This document shows positions 31,757 through 51,483 of a DNA stretch of 64,000 nucleotides, in pieces. The DNA comes from an uncultured delta proteobacterium (GTDB lineage: Bacteria > Myxococcota_A > Polyangia > Polyangiales > Polyangiaceae), in contig CAWDXG010000004.1 in the NCBI GenBank assembly GCA_963806225.1, positions 1,376,001 to 1,440,000 of the forward strand. The letters run 5' to 3'. Below the pieces are notes generated by a model. The model saw nothing but the letters and a program-made list of their open reading frames with translations, was not told the origin of the DNA and ran no database searches. Made by a program: the position numbers and the translations under genes. Position 1 is the first letter of the stretch, and every line of letters starts with the position of its first letter.

Positions 31757-33679
31757 ATGGCAGAGCAGAGAAGAACGCTGTGCAACCGCGACTGCCCGGA
31801 CAGCTGCAGCATCGTCGCGAGCGTGGAAAGCGGGCGGGTGACGAAGCTCGCGGGCGATCCGGATCACCCCGTCACACGCGGCTTCTTGTGCCACCGCACC
31901 AACCGTTTCCTCGACCTGCAGTACTCCCCCGAGCGGCTGACGGCGCCGCTCATGCGGAAAAGCGGCGAGCTCGTCCCGGTGGGCTGGGATGAGGCGCTCG
32001 ACTACGCCGCCGCGGAGCTCGTGCGCATCCGCAGCGAATCGGGGCCAGCCGCTATCCTCGACTACCGGAGCGGCGGCTCGCTGGGTCTTCTGAAGTCACT
32101 CACGGGCTACTTCTTTTCTCTCTTCGGTCCCGTCACGACGAAGCGCGGCGACATCTGCAGCGGCGCCGGCGAGGCCGCGCAGGAGCTCGACTTCGGCGTC
32201 TCCGACAGCGGCAGTCTGTTCCAGCTGGAGAAAGCCGAGAGCATCCTCTGCTGGGGCAAGAACGTGGTCGTCTCGAGCCCGCACCTGGTGCCGATGCTGC
32301 GCGAAGCGCGAGCGCGCGGCGCGAAGCTCTGGCTGGTCGACCCGGTGTTCCACAAGACCGCAGGCCTGTGCGACGGCTTCATCCAGCCGCGGCCGGGCGG
32401 CGACTTCGCGCTGGCGATGGGCGTCGCGCGCATCCTGTTCGAGCGCGACTGGGCAGACGCGAAAGCTCCGGGCTACTGCGATCACCTGCCGGCCTTCCGC
32501 GAGCTCGCCCTCTCGCGCGCGCTCGAGGAGTGGTGCGCCGACGCCAACGTCACCAGCGACGAAGCGGAGACGCTGGCGCGCGCGCTCGGGCCGGGCGCGC
32601 CCTGCACGATCCTGGTCGGTTGGGGCATGGGGCGGCGTGCGAACGGCGGCGCCATCGTGCGCGCGCTCGACGCGCTCGGCGCCGTGAGCGGCAACCTCGG
32701 CATCGAGGGCGGCGGCGTGTCCTTCTACTTCCAGCGCCGCGGCGCGTTCGATGCCGTGAAGGGCCCGCCGCCGCCGCGCACGCTCAGCGAGCCGCGGCTC
32801 GGCCCGGAGATGCTCGCCGCGTCCGATCCGCCGATCCGCGCCGTGTGGGTCACCTGCGGCAATCCCGTAGCAATGCTGCCCGAGTCGCGGACCACCGCCG
32901 AAGCCCTGCGCACGCGCGACCTCGTGGTCGTTGTGGATTCGTTCCTGACGGACACGGCGCGTGTCGCCGATCTGGTGCTGCCCACCACCACCCTGCTCGA
33001 GGCCGACGATCTGATTGGCGCCTACGGTCACGAGCTGATCGGCGTGTCGCGCCCCGTCGTGGCGCCGCCGCCCGGCGTGAAGAGCGATCTCCAGATCATC
33101 CAGGCGCTGGCGGAGCGCGTAGGTCTGGGCGCAGAGCTCGCCGGCGACGCGCGCAGCTGGAAAGAGCGCATGGTCTCCGGCAAGCTCGCCGCGTGCGGTG
33201 TCACGCTCGAGGAGCTGGAGGCCGGCCCAATCGAGAATCCGCTCGCGCCCAAGGTGCTGTTCGAGGGCCGCCGCTTCCCCACGAAGAGCGGGCGCGTGAA
33301 CCTGATCCACGAGGCGCCGCCCCCTTCCCCGCCGCGTCCGGCGGACTTTCCGCTCCTGCTCACGAGCGTGTCGACCCTGCGCTCGCAGTCGAGCCAGTGG
33401 TACGAGCCACCCGCAGCGCCGCTGACGCTGACGGTGCACCCCGACGCCGCGGCGGGCTTTTCCGAAGGCGAGGTGTGCGGGCTCGAGTCGGCGCTCGGCC
33501 AGCTCGAAGTGAGACTGCATCTCGACGCGCGCCAGCGCCGCGACGTGGCCCTCTTGCCCAAAGGCGGCCACCTGCATCGCGGCACTGCCGCCAACGCGCT
33601 GACCCGCGCAAGCGTCACCGATCTGGGCGAAGGCGGAGCGCTGTACGATGAGCCTGTCAGACTCGCACGGAGCCAGTAG
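31757..33679 (+). CDS. Molybdopterin-dependent oxidoreductase
   Basis: CNRDCPDSC...GFLC Fe-S motif, DSFLTDTARVADLVLP. Confidence 0.9.
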   Translation: MAEQRRTLCNRDCPDSCSIVASVESGRVTKLAGDPDHPVTRGFLCHRTNRFLDLQYSPERLTAPLMRKSGELVPVGWDEALDYAAAELVRIRSESGPAAILDYRSGGSLGLLKSLTGYFFSLFGPVTTKRGDICSGAGEAAQELDFGVSDSGSLFQLEKAESILCWGKNVVVSSPHLVPMLREARARGAKLWLVDPVFHKTAGLCDGFIQPRPGGDFALAMGVARILFERDWADAKAPGYCDHLPAFRELALSRALEEWCADANVTSDEAETLARALGPGAPCTILVGWGMGRRANGGAIVRALDALGAVSGNLGIEGGGVSFYFQRRGAFDAVKGPPPPRTLSEPRLGPEMLAASDPPIRAVWVTCGNPVAMLPESRTTAEALRTRDLVVVVDSFLTDTARVADLVLPTTTLLEADDLIGAYGHELIGVSRPVVAPPPGVKSDLQIIQALAERVGLGAELAGDARSWKERMVSGKLAACGVTLEELEAGPIENPLAPKVLFEGRRFPTKSGRVNLIHEAPPPSPPRPADFPLLLTSVSTLRSQSSQWYEPPAAPLTLTVHPDAAAGFSEGEVCGLESALGQLEVRLHLDARQRRDVALLPKGGHLHRGTAANALTRASVTDLGEGGALYDEPVRLARSQ

Positions 33680-33689
33680 GACGCGCGTC

Positions 33690-34571
33690 GGTCTGCCATG
33701 CGATCGTCCACAATCCAGCTCACGTCGTAGTGCGGCAGCCTGGGCGCGCTGTCGAGCCCGCGCTCGGGGGGGGAAAGCACGGCGAAGTGGCCGGGGACGC
33801 CCAGCGCTTCGCAGCCCATTTCCCAGTTGCCGCACCAGATACCGAGCGCGACCGCAGCGTAGTAGCGCGAGGACGTCGCTGCGTAGAAGTTCATCCGCGC
33901 GAGCTTGGGTGTGCCCTCTGTCTCTTCCACGGCCGCCGCGGCGCGCGTCGTCTGCCCGTTGTAGGACGAGGGCGACCACTGGCACACCTCGTAGCAGCGC
34001 CCGAAGGCATCGAAAGGCGGCTTGGCAACGTCGAGCGGCTGGGTCAGCCCAGGGTCGCTGAAGAACAACTGGTCGAGCGGATACCGCCAATGCTGCGTGC
34101 GCAGTATGAGCCGGATGAACAAGGGCCCCAGCACGGACTTGTAGCCGACTGCACAGACACAGATGACGTGATCTCTTTCGGGATCGAAGCGGTCGCCCGG
34201 CTTCGCCACGATGCTCTTCTGATCGGCACCCGGGCCGATCCAGCACGTCGCCAGGCCCATGCGGGGGCGTCGATGACGACCTTCTGCAGGCTGCGGCCGA
34301 ACGTTGATATCAGCGTCACGACCTCGAATGCGGCGTTCGTCGAAAGCAGCAATCCGATCGAAAGCGGCGTCCAGAACAGCAGACCCGGCCAGACCCCGAT
34401 CAGCCAGCCGACACCGGCGATCAACAGGAAGACGAGCCCCAGGATGGCGGTCGGCACGTACTGCAGCCAACCGGTGAACTGGAGCCGCACCTTGAGGCGC
34501 CAGATGAACGTGTCCTCGAGCTCGAACCCGGAACGCTGGGTCTCGGAGTGCTGGGCGGCGGCTTCGGTCAT
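33690..34571 (-). pseudogene. Membrane-anchored nitroreductase-family gene, disrupted
   Basis: TM N-terminus, then GRSLQKVVIDA/RMGLATCWIG split by a frameshift at 34263-34267; WSPSSYNGQ motif; no stop before it runs into the opposite gene. Confidence 0.6.
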
Positions 34572-34609
34572 GGGCCTTGCTTCCCGGGGGCTCCGGAGCT
34601 GTTCCGGGC

Positions 34610-35173
34610 ATGCCCAAGGTGATCGACATCGACAGCCTGTTCGAAGCCGTGGTCTCGGCGTTTGCCGAGCGCGGATACGACGCGGCCACGACCCAGGAGA
34701 TGGCCCGGCGGGCCGGCGTCAACGAGGTCACTCTGTTTCGCCGCTACGGCAACAAGGCGGCGCTGATCGAGGCGGCGCTCGGCCACTGCCTCCTGTCGTC
34801 CCCGTTCGGCCAGCTCGAGGCCAGCGACGACGCCAGGGCCGATCTCGTGGCGATCGTCGAGGCCTACAGACGGACCTATCGCGGCTATGGCGGCGCGGTG
34901 CTGACGCTCATGAACGAGATGGCGCACCATCCCGAGCTGCGCGCAGCCGCGGCGGTGCTGGCGCCCAACCTGCGGAAGGCGGCCGGCATCGTCGCCCACC
35001 ACCAGGCGGCGCGGCGCATCGGTCCGGGCGATCCGCTGCAGAAGCTGGTGGTCTTGATCGCGCCGGTCATGGTGGCGGGGATCCTGGCGCGATCGGGCGC
35101 GAAGCTGCCGGTTGTCGAGCCGGACGTGGCGACGATCGTGGACGGATTCCTCGACGGGCATGGGGCTGGCTAG
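34610..35173 (+). CDS. TetR-family regulator
   Basis: FAERGYDAATTQEMARRAGVNEVTLFRRYGNK HTH. Confidence 0.9.
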   Translation: MPKVIDIDSLFEAVVSAFAERGYDAATTQEMARRAGVNEVTLFRRYGNKAALIEAALGHCLLSSPFGQLEASDDARADLVAIVEAYRRTYRGYGGAVLTLMNEMAHHPELRAAAAVLAPNLRKAAGIVAHHQAARRIGPGDPLQKLVVLIAPVMVAGILARSGAKLPVVEPDVATIVDGFLDGHGAG

Positions 35174-35426
35174 GCCGCCCGACGCCGACGGGATCGGCTT
35201 GTCGCGCAGGGCCTGCCCGATGCGAGCTCCAGCGCTCGACAGTGCTCCGGAAATAATCCATAATTCCGGACAGTTGAATCGACCCGCGCGGCGCCCCCGC
35301 CGGCGCTTCGCGCGGCATTGTCAGGGGGGCGTCGCTGGGCTAGTTCCGGCATGAAACCCGGGGCTTTTTCGCCCCGACCGCGCGCCCGGCCACTTCCCCC
35401 CGCCGGCGCCGGATCAGGACCTCTGC

Positions 35427-38100
<2,674 letters not shown>

Positions 38101-38108
<8 letters not shown>

Positions 38109-38904
38109 GTCGCGCGCCCAGCGCGACGCGCCGGGCACGTTCCAGGCGCTCCGCAAAGCGCACCCCGACGCGCACTGCGAGCTCGAACACGGCAGTCCCT
38201 TCGAGCTGATCGTCGCGACCGTCCTTTCGGCGCAGAGCACCGACGTGGCGGTGAACCGCATCACGCCGGATCTCTTCAAGCGCTGGCCCGACGCGGCTGC
38301 GCTCGCCAAGGCGCCGCCGCCGGCGGTGGAAAAGGCCCTCGCCAGCATCGGCATGTTCCGCCAGAAGGCCAAGAACATCATCGGCCTGTCGAAGAAGCTG
38401 GTGGAGGATCACGGCGGCAAGGTGCCGCGGAAGCTCGACGAGCTGGTGGAGCTCCCCGGCGTCGGCCGCAAGACGGCCAACGTGGTGCTGGGCGTGGCGT
38501 TCGGCGCGCCGGAAGGCGTGGTGGTCGACACGCACGTGCAGCGCATCTCCCAGCGCCTCGGATGGACGAAGAACACCAAGCCCGAGGACATCGAGCGCGA
38601 CCTGATGAAGCTGTTCCCGAGGGAGCAGTGGGACATCCTCTCGCACACCCTGATCTTCCACGGCCGCCGCATCTGCACCGCCCGCGCCCCCGCCTGCGCC
38701 GCCTGCCCGGTGAGCGTTCCGTGCCCCAGCGCCTTCAAGGCCGAGAACGTCGGCCGCAAACCGCCGCGCAATCGCAACGCGAACGGCAAGCCTGCGGCCA
38801 AGCGCGCCGCCAAGGAGAAGCCGTCGGCGAAGAAGAAGCCGTCGGCGAAGAAGAGGACCGCACGGTCGGCCTCCGCGCCGCCGAAGGCCTCGCGCAGGGG
38901 CTGA
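38101..38904 (+). CDS. nth: Endonuclease III with Lys/Ala-rich tail
   Basis: [25 protein letters not shown]6-C-X2-C-X5-C. Confidence 0.95.
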
Positions 38905-39004
38905 GGGGTCCGCGCAGGGCGTCGCGTGGCCAGGTCCGCGGCGCTCGCGCTCGCGCTCGGCCACTGCGCCTGCGGGCAGTCGACGTGCGCCTACGATGGC
39001 GCGA

Positions 39005-39105
39005 TCGGGCACAGCAGCCTCTCGAGCCCACCCAACCGCTGGAGTAGAGCGATGCTGCACGACGTTTCTCGAGTTGTCGCGCTGGAGGGTCATCGGCTGG
39101 AGCAG
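39005..39105 (+). pseudogene. Possible remnant of DUF4160/DUF2442 gene pair junction
   Basis: ...QQPLEPTQPLE* followed 4 nt later by MLHDVSRVVALEGHRLE. Confidence 0.4.
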
Positions 39106-39232
39106 CGGCCGGAACTACTGATCATTTGTTGACTTCGAGCGCTAAAAAGCGCTAGCGAACGGGTCGTTTCGAGCGCACATACCCGCCGGCGCCGCCGGGG
39201 TCCGCGGGCGGGCGCCCGAGCCCGGAGGACCT

Positions 39233-41794
<2,562 letters not shown>

Positions 41795-41825
41795 CGCGGG
41801 GCGCGCGAGGGAACGGGAGAACCCC

Positions 41826-43730
<1,905 letters not shown>

Positions 43731-43758
43731 TCGAACGAGCGGAGTTCTCGACGCGGGC

Positions 43759-43802
43759 CAGTCGGGTAGGCCCGGGCGTTGCCGCCCGGGCCTACCCGAC
43801 TG
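43759..43802. repeat. Perfect 20-bp-arm palindrome downstream of parE
   Basis: CAGTCGGGTAGGCCCGGGCG-TTGC-CGCCCGGGCCTACCCGACTG. Confidence 0.9.
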
Positions 43803-43958
43803 AACCTCCGGATCGCCCTGCGACGCTCCCAACGTCAGCGCGCGCGGAACTGCGCCCGCAGGAGCTGGACGTGTCAGCGCGAAAATGTGACGGGCTTGCG
43901 GCGCCGCGGCGGGGGAGCGACACTCGAAATCGCGCCGATGCACCCGTAGGAGGGAGCC

Positions 43959-44534
43959 ATGTCCGTTCGCCAGCTTGGTCCGCTTGCATTGTCCTGTGCG
44001 CTCGCGCTCGCTGCCTGGCCTGCACGGGCCCAGGAGACGTCGGCGCCCCCGACCTCTGAGTCCGGAGCGCCCTCTCCCCCGAAGAAGGACACGACTGCAT
44101 TGCCGAGCACCGATTGGCACCTGGTCGGCGCCATCGCGGCCTACTCGTTGGCAGCGGTCGCCAGCGGCACCTTCGTCTATGCCGAAGTCCGCACCCGCCA
44201 GATCTCGAACGACGACGGTTTCCAGGCGTACAAGCGCGGCAACCTTCCCGAGCAGTATGATTCTGATGTGTGCCAGGGCGCGAAGGACGGCGTCGTCGTC
44301 GATGGCGCCCCGAGCCCGGACCACATTGCCAGCCTGTGCTCGCAAGCTGACAAGCTCAAAGTGGTGGGCATCGTGTCCGTCGTGACCGCGATCGTGGGCA
44401 TCGGCACCGGCACCGCGCTCCTGCTCACGCGGCCCTCGCCGGAAAAGGCGGCGGTCGCGCGCGAGCCGCGCCTCGCGCTCACGCCCATCATCGGCGTGCA
44501 CGGCGCCGCGGCACAGCTCGACTTCCGCTTCTGA
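43959..44534 (+). CDS. Hypothetical exported/membrane protein
   Basis: Signal peptide ending ARA-Q, two hydrophobic segments, C-terminal FRF; strong RBS. Confidence 0.75.
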   Translation: MSVRQLGPLALSCALALAAWPARAQETSAPPTSESGAPSPPKKDTTALPSTDWHLVGAIAAYSLAAVASGTFVYAEVRTRQISNDDGFQAYKRGNLPEQYDSDVCQGAKDGVVVDGAPSPDHIASLCSQADKLKVVGIVSVVTAIVGIGTGTALLLTRPSPEKAAVAREPRLALTPIIGVHGAAAQLDFRF

Positions 44535-44540
44535 GCGCGG

Positions 44541-45572
<1,032 letters not shown>

Positions 45573-45620
45573 TGCGAAAACCTCGGACCTATCCCGCGCG
45601 CTGTCAACAATCGGCGCTGT

Positions 45621-46976
45621 CTACTTCTTCGCGCGCAGCTCCGCGACAATCCGCTCGACGGTACGGGTACTCATGGTGCCGTCGCGCACCTCGTGGTCGT
45701 CGAGCAGCCGCTTCTGGAAGTTGATGTTCGTGCGGATGCCGCCCACGATGAACTCGTCCAACGCCCGGCGCATGCGGCGGATGGCTTCCTCGCGGGTCTT
45801 CGCGTGCACGATGAGCTTGGCCAGAAGCGAGTCGTAGGCTGAAGGCACGTTCCATCCGCCGAACACGCCGGAATCGACGCGGACGCCCGCGCCGCCCGCC
45901 GGATGGTATTCCGTGATGAGCCCGGGCCAGGGCACGAACGTCTCGGAGTCCTCCGCCATGATGCGGCACTCGATGGCGTGACCGCGGAATTTCCAGGGCC
46001 GCGTGTCCGGCAGGTTCAGCTTCTCCCCGGCGGCCACGCGGATCTGCTCGACGACCAGATCGAGGTCCGTGACCATTTCCGTGACGGGGTGCTCCACCTG
46101 CAGGCGCGTGTTCATCTCGAGGAAGTAGAGCTTCTTGTCCTCGTCCATCAGGAACTCGAGCGTGCCGAGCGAGGTGTAGCCGCTCTCGCGAATGGCGTGC
46201 CGGATGAGCTCGCCCATCTTCGAGCGCAGCTCGTCGGTCATGGCGGGGCTCGGCGACTCCTCCAGCAGCTTCTGGTGGCGCCGCTGCAGCGAGCACTCCC
46301 GCTCGCCGAGCGTCCAGACCTGCCCGTGCTGATCGGCCAGCGCCTGGAATTCGATGTGGCGCGGGCGCTCCACGAAACGCTCGAGGTACAGCTCTGGGCT
46401 GTTGAAGCTGCTCATCGCCTCGGCCGTTGCCGACTCGAAAGCGCGCCGCACCTCCGCGGTCGATCGCACGACGCGCATGCCCCGCCCGCCGCCGCCGCCG
46501 CGCGCCTTGATCATCACCGGGAAGCCGATCTTCTTCGCCTCGGACTCGGCGTGCTCGTGGCTTTCCAGCGCTTCGCTTCCGGGCAAGAGCGGCAGGTTGA
46601 ACCGCTCGGCCATGCGGCGCGCCTTGATCTTGTCGCCCCAGGCGCTCATGGCCTCGGGCCGCGGCCCGATGAAGCAGAGTCCGCAGCGCTCGACCACCTG
46701 GGCGAATTCGGCGTTCTCGCTCAGAAAGCCGTAGCCGGGGTGGATGGCGTCGGCGGCGGTGACCTCGGCGGCGCTGATGATGGCCGGAATGTTCAGATAG
46801 CTCCGGCCGGGCGCGGGGGGACCGATGCAGATCGCCTCGTCGGCGAAACGCACGTGCAGCGCCCCTGCGTCGGCTTCGGAATGCACCGCGACCGTGGCAA
46901 TGCCGAGCTCGCGGCATGCGCGGATGATGCGCATGGCGATCTCGCCGCGGTTGGCGATCAGGACCTTGGAGAACAC
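45621..46976 (-). CDS. accC: Biotin carboxylase
   Basis: IANRGEIA, HPGYGFLSEN, EMNTRLQVEHPVTE. Confidence 0.95.
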   Translation of the reverse strand: MFSKVLIANRGEIAMRIIRACRELGIATVAVHSEADAGALHVRFADEAICIGPPAPGRSYLNIPAIISAAEVTAADAIHPGYGFLSENAEFAQVVERCGLCFIGPRPEAMSAWGDKIKARRMAERFNLPLLPGSEALESHEHAESEAKKIGFPVMIKARGGGGGRGMRVVRSTAEVRRAFESATAEAMSSFNSPELYLERFVERPRHIEFQALADQHGQVWTLGERECSLQRRHQKLLEESPSPAMTDELRSKMGELIRHAIRESGYTSLGTLEFLMDEDKKLYFLEMNTRLQVEHPVTEMVTDLDLVVEQIRVAAGEKLNLPDTRPWKFRGHAIECRIMAEDSETFVPWPGLITEYHPAGGAGVRVDSGVFGGWNVPSAYDSLLAKLIVHAKTREEAIRRMRRALDEFIVGGIRTNINFQKRLLDDHEVRDGTMSTRTVERIVAELRAKK

Positions 46977-47004
46977 CGGCGAGGCTCCATCGGTACAGGC
47001 CAGC

Positions 47005-47454
<450 letters not shown>

Positions 47455-47588
47455 CGTGCGTACCTCGACCCGTCCGAACGGGTGAACCCTCCTGAGGCCC
47501 GGGACGCTAGTCGCTCGCCCCGGGCTGTACAACCAGCAACAGGCGCGAATCTTCCTTCGCGCTGGGCCGGAATCGACCGGCGGAACGC

Positions 47589-48159
47589 CTACTGGCGCAG
47601 CCGCGCGAGCAGTCCGTCGAGCGCCAGGGAATAGGAATCGGCGCCAAATCCAGCAACGCGTCCGACGCACGCCGGCGCGATGCGCGACCGGCGGCGGAAG
47701 CCCTCGCGCGCATCGGGGTTGGACAGGTGGACCTCGACCGCCGGCAGCCCGGCACCACGCAGCGCGTCGTAGAGCGCGTACGACGTGTGCGTGAGCGCCC
47801 CGGGATTGATCAGGATGCCGGCATAGCCCTCGTCACAGGCCTGGCCGATCCAATCGATCAATGCCCCCTCATGGTTGCTCTGCCGGCAGTCGACCTCCGC
47901 GCCGGCGGCGAGCGCGAGCTTCGGCCAGACGGCTGTGGATCTGCTCCAGCGTCTGCGTTCCGTAGACCTCCGGCTCGCGTCGACCAAGGCGGTCGAGGTT
48001 CGGCCCACTCAGCACCATGATGCGGACCAGCCCATGCTCCGCGCCGCGGGCGCGACTAGCTTTCGCGCGGCGTCGCGGCACCTTGACGCGCGCTGCACGC
48101 GGGGACTTCGGCCTCGGGTTGACCGGAGCGATGGCCTTTCGCTGTTTCGACCGGGCCAA
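47589..48159 (-). CDS. aroQ: Type II 3-dehydroquinate dehydratase (apparent 1-nt frameshift near 47923)
   Basis: [16 protein letters not shown] in one frame; [22 protein letters not shown] in the next. Confidence 0.88.
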
Positions 48160-48167
48160 GGGCCGGC

Positions 48168-48530
48168 TCAGGCTAGCTCGTCGACGAGCTTCGGCGCGGT
48201 GATCCTGAGCATGAAGCGACCCTTGCCGAAGTTTCCATCCGGAGACATCGTCAGGGCGAGGAAGTAGTTGTCGTTGATGATGCGGATCAGCGTCACCATC
48301 TTCTCGCTCTTGAACGCGACCTCACGCGTCTCGCCGGCTTCGAGCATTTCCGTGGCCCGCTGGATGGCCTTTACCACGACGCTGACCTCGGCCCCGACGG
48401 CTTCGATATCGAACCCGCCAGAATCGTCGCGGGCGTAGCTCTCGACGGGTATGCCCTCGAAATCCATCAAGAGCCCGGCGAGGCCGCCGTCCGTCCCGTC
48501 CACGACGCCCTGGAGCGCTTCCTTGAACAT
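48168..48530 (-). CDS. mglC: Roadblock/LC7 protein, MglC-like
   Basis: MDFEGI...[23 protein letters not shown] resembles myxobacterial MglC; located near accB/accC. Confidence 0.75.
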   Translation of the reverse strand: MFKEALQGVVDGTDGGLAGLLMDFEGIPVESYARDDSGGFDIEAVGAEVSVVVKAIQRATEMLEAGETREVAFKSEKMVTLIRIINDNYFLALTMSPDGNFGKGRFMLRITAPKLVDELA

Positions 48531-48810
48531 GTCGCCAGGTTAGCCGGTTTGGCTGCGCGGGTGAATGTTATCGCGGGAAGCAGCCATTTCCCGGCCAGAA
48601 GGCCGAGATCCCCGCTTTCGTCCCTCGGGGGTTGCACCCCGGCGCCGGCTGGGTGATGGCCTCCAGGGAGATCTACCTGCTGAGCGACCTTGACCCCCTG
48701 CGCGGCGAACGGCTACCTTCGCGCTCGCCAGAAACGGCACGGCCGTCACAGCCCTACAGGTAGGTAGTCGAAACCCGATGCGTGCGCGAGCGGGGGACCC
48801 GCCCCGCACA

Positions 48811-50602
48811 ATGACACAGAAGATCCTCGCCGGCCGCGCCGACGATCCGAGCCTCGACGGGGATCTCGTCCGGGTCAAGGTCGATCAGGTCATCCTGACG
48901 CGGCAGCCGAACCGGGTCCTCGGCGAGGCGCTCCAACTGGGGATGAAGAAGTCCGCAGTCGAGGTAGCTATTGCCTACGACACGCGGTGCATCACCGACG
49001 GAGCGCCTGTCGAATCCACCCCTGGCGCCCCCGAACGCGTCTCGCGCGAGGTGCTCCAGCAAGGTGTGCTGATCGCTCGACCCGGCATCGGGTTTCCGGC
49101 AGCGGTACACCTGGAGCGCTTCGGCAGTCCGGCGCGACTGGCGCTCACCGACGAGCCCCGCATGGGCTCGGTGGGTGGAGCCGGCATGCTCACTCTCGTT
49201 GCCTCGCCCTCCCAGCTTGCCGAAGCGCTCGCGCACGGCACCTTCTGGGTGCGTCCACCACGCAGCATCCAGGTGCTCCTGTCGGGTCGCGTCCGGCCCT
49301 TCGTGTGCGTGCGCGACGTAGCGCTCGAGCTCATCCGACGCGAGCTCGGCGAGGTGATCCGGCGCAGTCGACGACGAATTCCACGCGCCGGTGGTCGTCG
49401 AGTTCGCCGGACCGAGCGCGCGGCTTCTGTCGGTCGCCGACCGCGCGGTCCTGTGCGCGCTCGCGCCCCAGCTCGGAGCGGCAGCAGCGGTCTTCGTCAG
49501 CGACGAGAAGACCGAGGTGTACCTACGCGACCAGCGGCGCTCCAAGGCGCACCGCAGCCTCGTGCCGGACGCCGGCGCGCCCTGCGACGACGTGATCAGC
49601 GTGGATCTGTCCGCGGTCGATCCGCTCGTCCTCGACGAGGAAGGCGCAGTACGTCCGGTCCGGGAGCTCGCCGGCAAGCCGGTCCACCAGGTCGTGCTTG
49701 GCGGGGACTCGGGGGCGTCGCTCCGCGATCTGCTCGCCGCGGCAGCGCTCCTCAAGAGCAAGCGCGTCCCTCCAAAGCTCGATCTCCTGGTGGCTCCGCC
49801 GTCGCGGCAGGCTCTGGAGGTGCTGGCCCAGTCCGGCGCACTGGTCGATCTGATCGCTACGGGCGCACGGCTCATCGAACCGGATCACCGGGTGGTCACC
49901 GGGGCGCTGTATCCGCCAGCGCCGGGGGGCGTCTCGATGCGCACCTTCGATCCGGAACCCGGCACGCCCTCGGCGCGTCGCTTCGTGGTCGCCTCGGCCG
50001 AGACGCTCGCGTACGCGGTGGCTTCGGGACAGGTCGGCGACCCGCGCTCGTTCAAGCGGCCGGTACGGGTCACGGTTCCGCGCTCCCTGCCTACCGACGA
50101 CGTACTGATCCTGCGCAAGGGCAAGGGGAAGGGAAAGGTGGACGACTCCACCAAGAAGGTCCCGCCGGCCGCCCCTCCCGATCCTGCAGCGTGGAAGAAG
50201 GCCACGACGCTCGCGCTCGTGCCCGAACGGCGCGAACCCGGCGAACCGAGCGCGCTCCTGCTCGAATCGCTGGATGACGTGCGCTGGGCCGCACGCCATG
50301 CGGCGTCCCTGGCGCCCAACCTGCGCGCGGTCATCGCACCGTACATCCCGAGCGGCACCGTGGGGGTGTTCGCCGGGCTCGGCATCCTGGCGCTCACCGC
50401 CGACCAGGGTGCGCTGGACAAGCTGCGCGGCCAGCGCTCGCTGGGGCTGCCCGCGCCGGAGAAATGGGACGGCCAGGAGAGCATCACCGCGTCGGCGGGC
50501 AGCTCCAAGGTCGACCTGCGCTGGGCGGCTGTCGGCCCGGAACGGCGCTGGACCGCCGCGGGAACGGCGCGCTCGACAGGCGCGCGGAGCTCCCGCTCGT
50601 AG
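48811..50602 (+). CDS. Aconitase-family protein lacking catalytic and Fe-S residues (apparent frameshift near 49362-49366)
   Basis: MTQKIL, VHLERFG, EFAGP, FVSDEKT, DLIATGARL, VSMRTF, GDPR match the aconitase scaffold. Confidence 0.8.
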
Positions 50603-50647
50603 GGATTGGTCGCCAGCTCCGGCGAGCTGATCTATCGTCGGCGCACG

Positions 50648-51460
50648 ATGCGTACGCTGGCATGCCTGGGGACGCTGGCCTTGTTCTTGGCGGCGCGGGG
50701 CGCGCTCGCCGCACCCGGTGACGACGCGACCGCCGGATCGAAGGCGAGCGACACCGCCGCCGACGACGCCTCGGGCACGGCGGAGTCCGACACCGCCGCC
50801 GACGACGCCTCGGGCACGGAGAAATCCGACGACGCCAGTCCGACAAGCGACAAGGGCGGCGACGCAAAAGGCGACAAGAAAGAGGACGAGGCTCCGAGCT
50901 ACGGACACGGACGCCAGTTCGGTCTGCGCGCCGGCGTCTACGGCGGATACAACATGGTATTCCGCTACGATCGGTCGCCGTTCTGCTCCGTACCGAAGCC
51001 CAACAAGGCGACCAAGGACCAGCAGAAATTCTGCGGCCACCAGGCGCCCTTCGGCGCCGATCTGGCCCTCGCCTTCGCTCCGCTGGATTCCATCGAGCTG
51101 TTCCTCTGGGGGCGCTTCGGCTTCACCCGCGAAAAGGAAACCGACACCAATCCGCTGGTCGTCGTCGGCGCGGGTGCTCGCGTCTATACGATGAGCGACT
51201 CGGCGTTCAAGGTCTTCATCGAACCGGCGATCGGGCTGGAGCTGGAAGGGGGCGGCACGAAGGAAAACTGGCAGGCGACCAACGCCAACTACAATCCCGA
51301 GTACAAGCAGGACGTCATCTTCCACGTCGCGGCCGGGCCCCAGTACGACTTCGCGAAGAACGTCGGCATCTATCTCGATGCGGGCTTGACCGTGGGCATC
51401 CTGCGCTCCATCCACACCACGATGGAGCTCAACGGCGGCGTCCAGGCGCGCTTCCCCTGA
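50648..51460 (+). CDS. Probable outer-membrane beta-barrel protein
   Basis: Signal peptide, acidic linker, alternating beta-strands, ends GVQARFP. Confidence 0.7.
   Translation: MRTLACLGTLALFLAARGALAAPGDDATAGSKASDTAADDASGTAESDTAADDASGTEKSDDASPTSDKGGDAKGDKKEDEAPSYGHGRQFGLRAGVYGGYNMVFRYDRSPFCSVPKPNKATKDQQKFCGHQAPFGADLALAFAPLDSIELFLWGRFGFTREKETDTNPLVVVGAGARVYTMSDSAFKVFIEPAIGLELEGGGTKENWQATNANYNPEYKQDVIFHVAAGPQYDFAKNVGIYLDAGLTVGILRSIHTTMELNGGVQARFP
50749..50819 (+). repeat. 39-bp-period tandem duplication ([11 protein letters not shown] x2)
   Basis: CGACACCGCCGCCGACGACGCCTCGGGCACGG at 50749 and 50788. Confidence 0.9.
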
Positions 51461-51483
51461 GCTCGTCGACCCACGAGAGCAGC

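Noticed and set aside
35246..35270. TCCGGAA-N11-TTCCGGA upstream of gyrA
   Set aside because: Short arms; may be part of the promoter but cannot be assigned.
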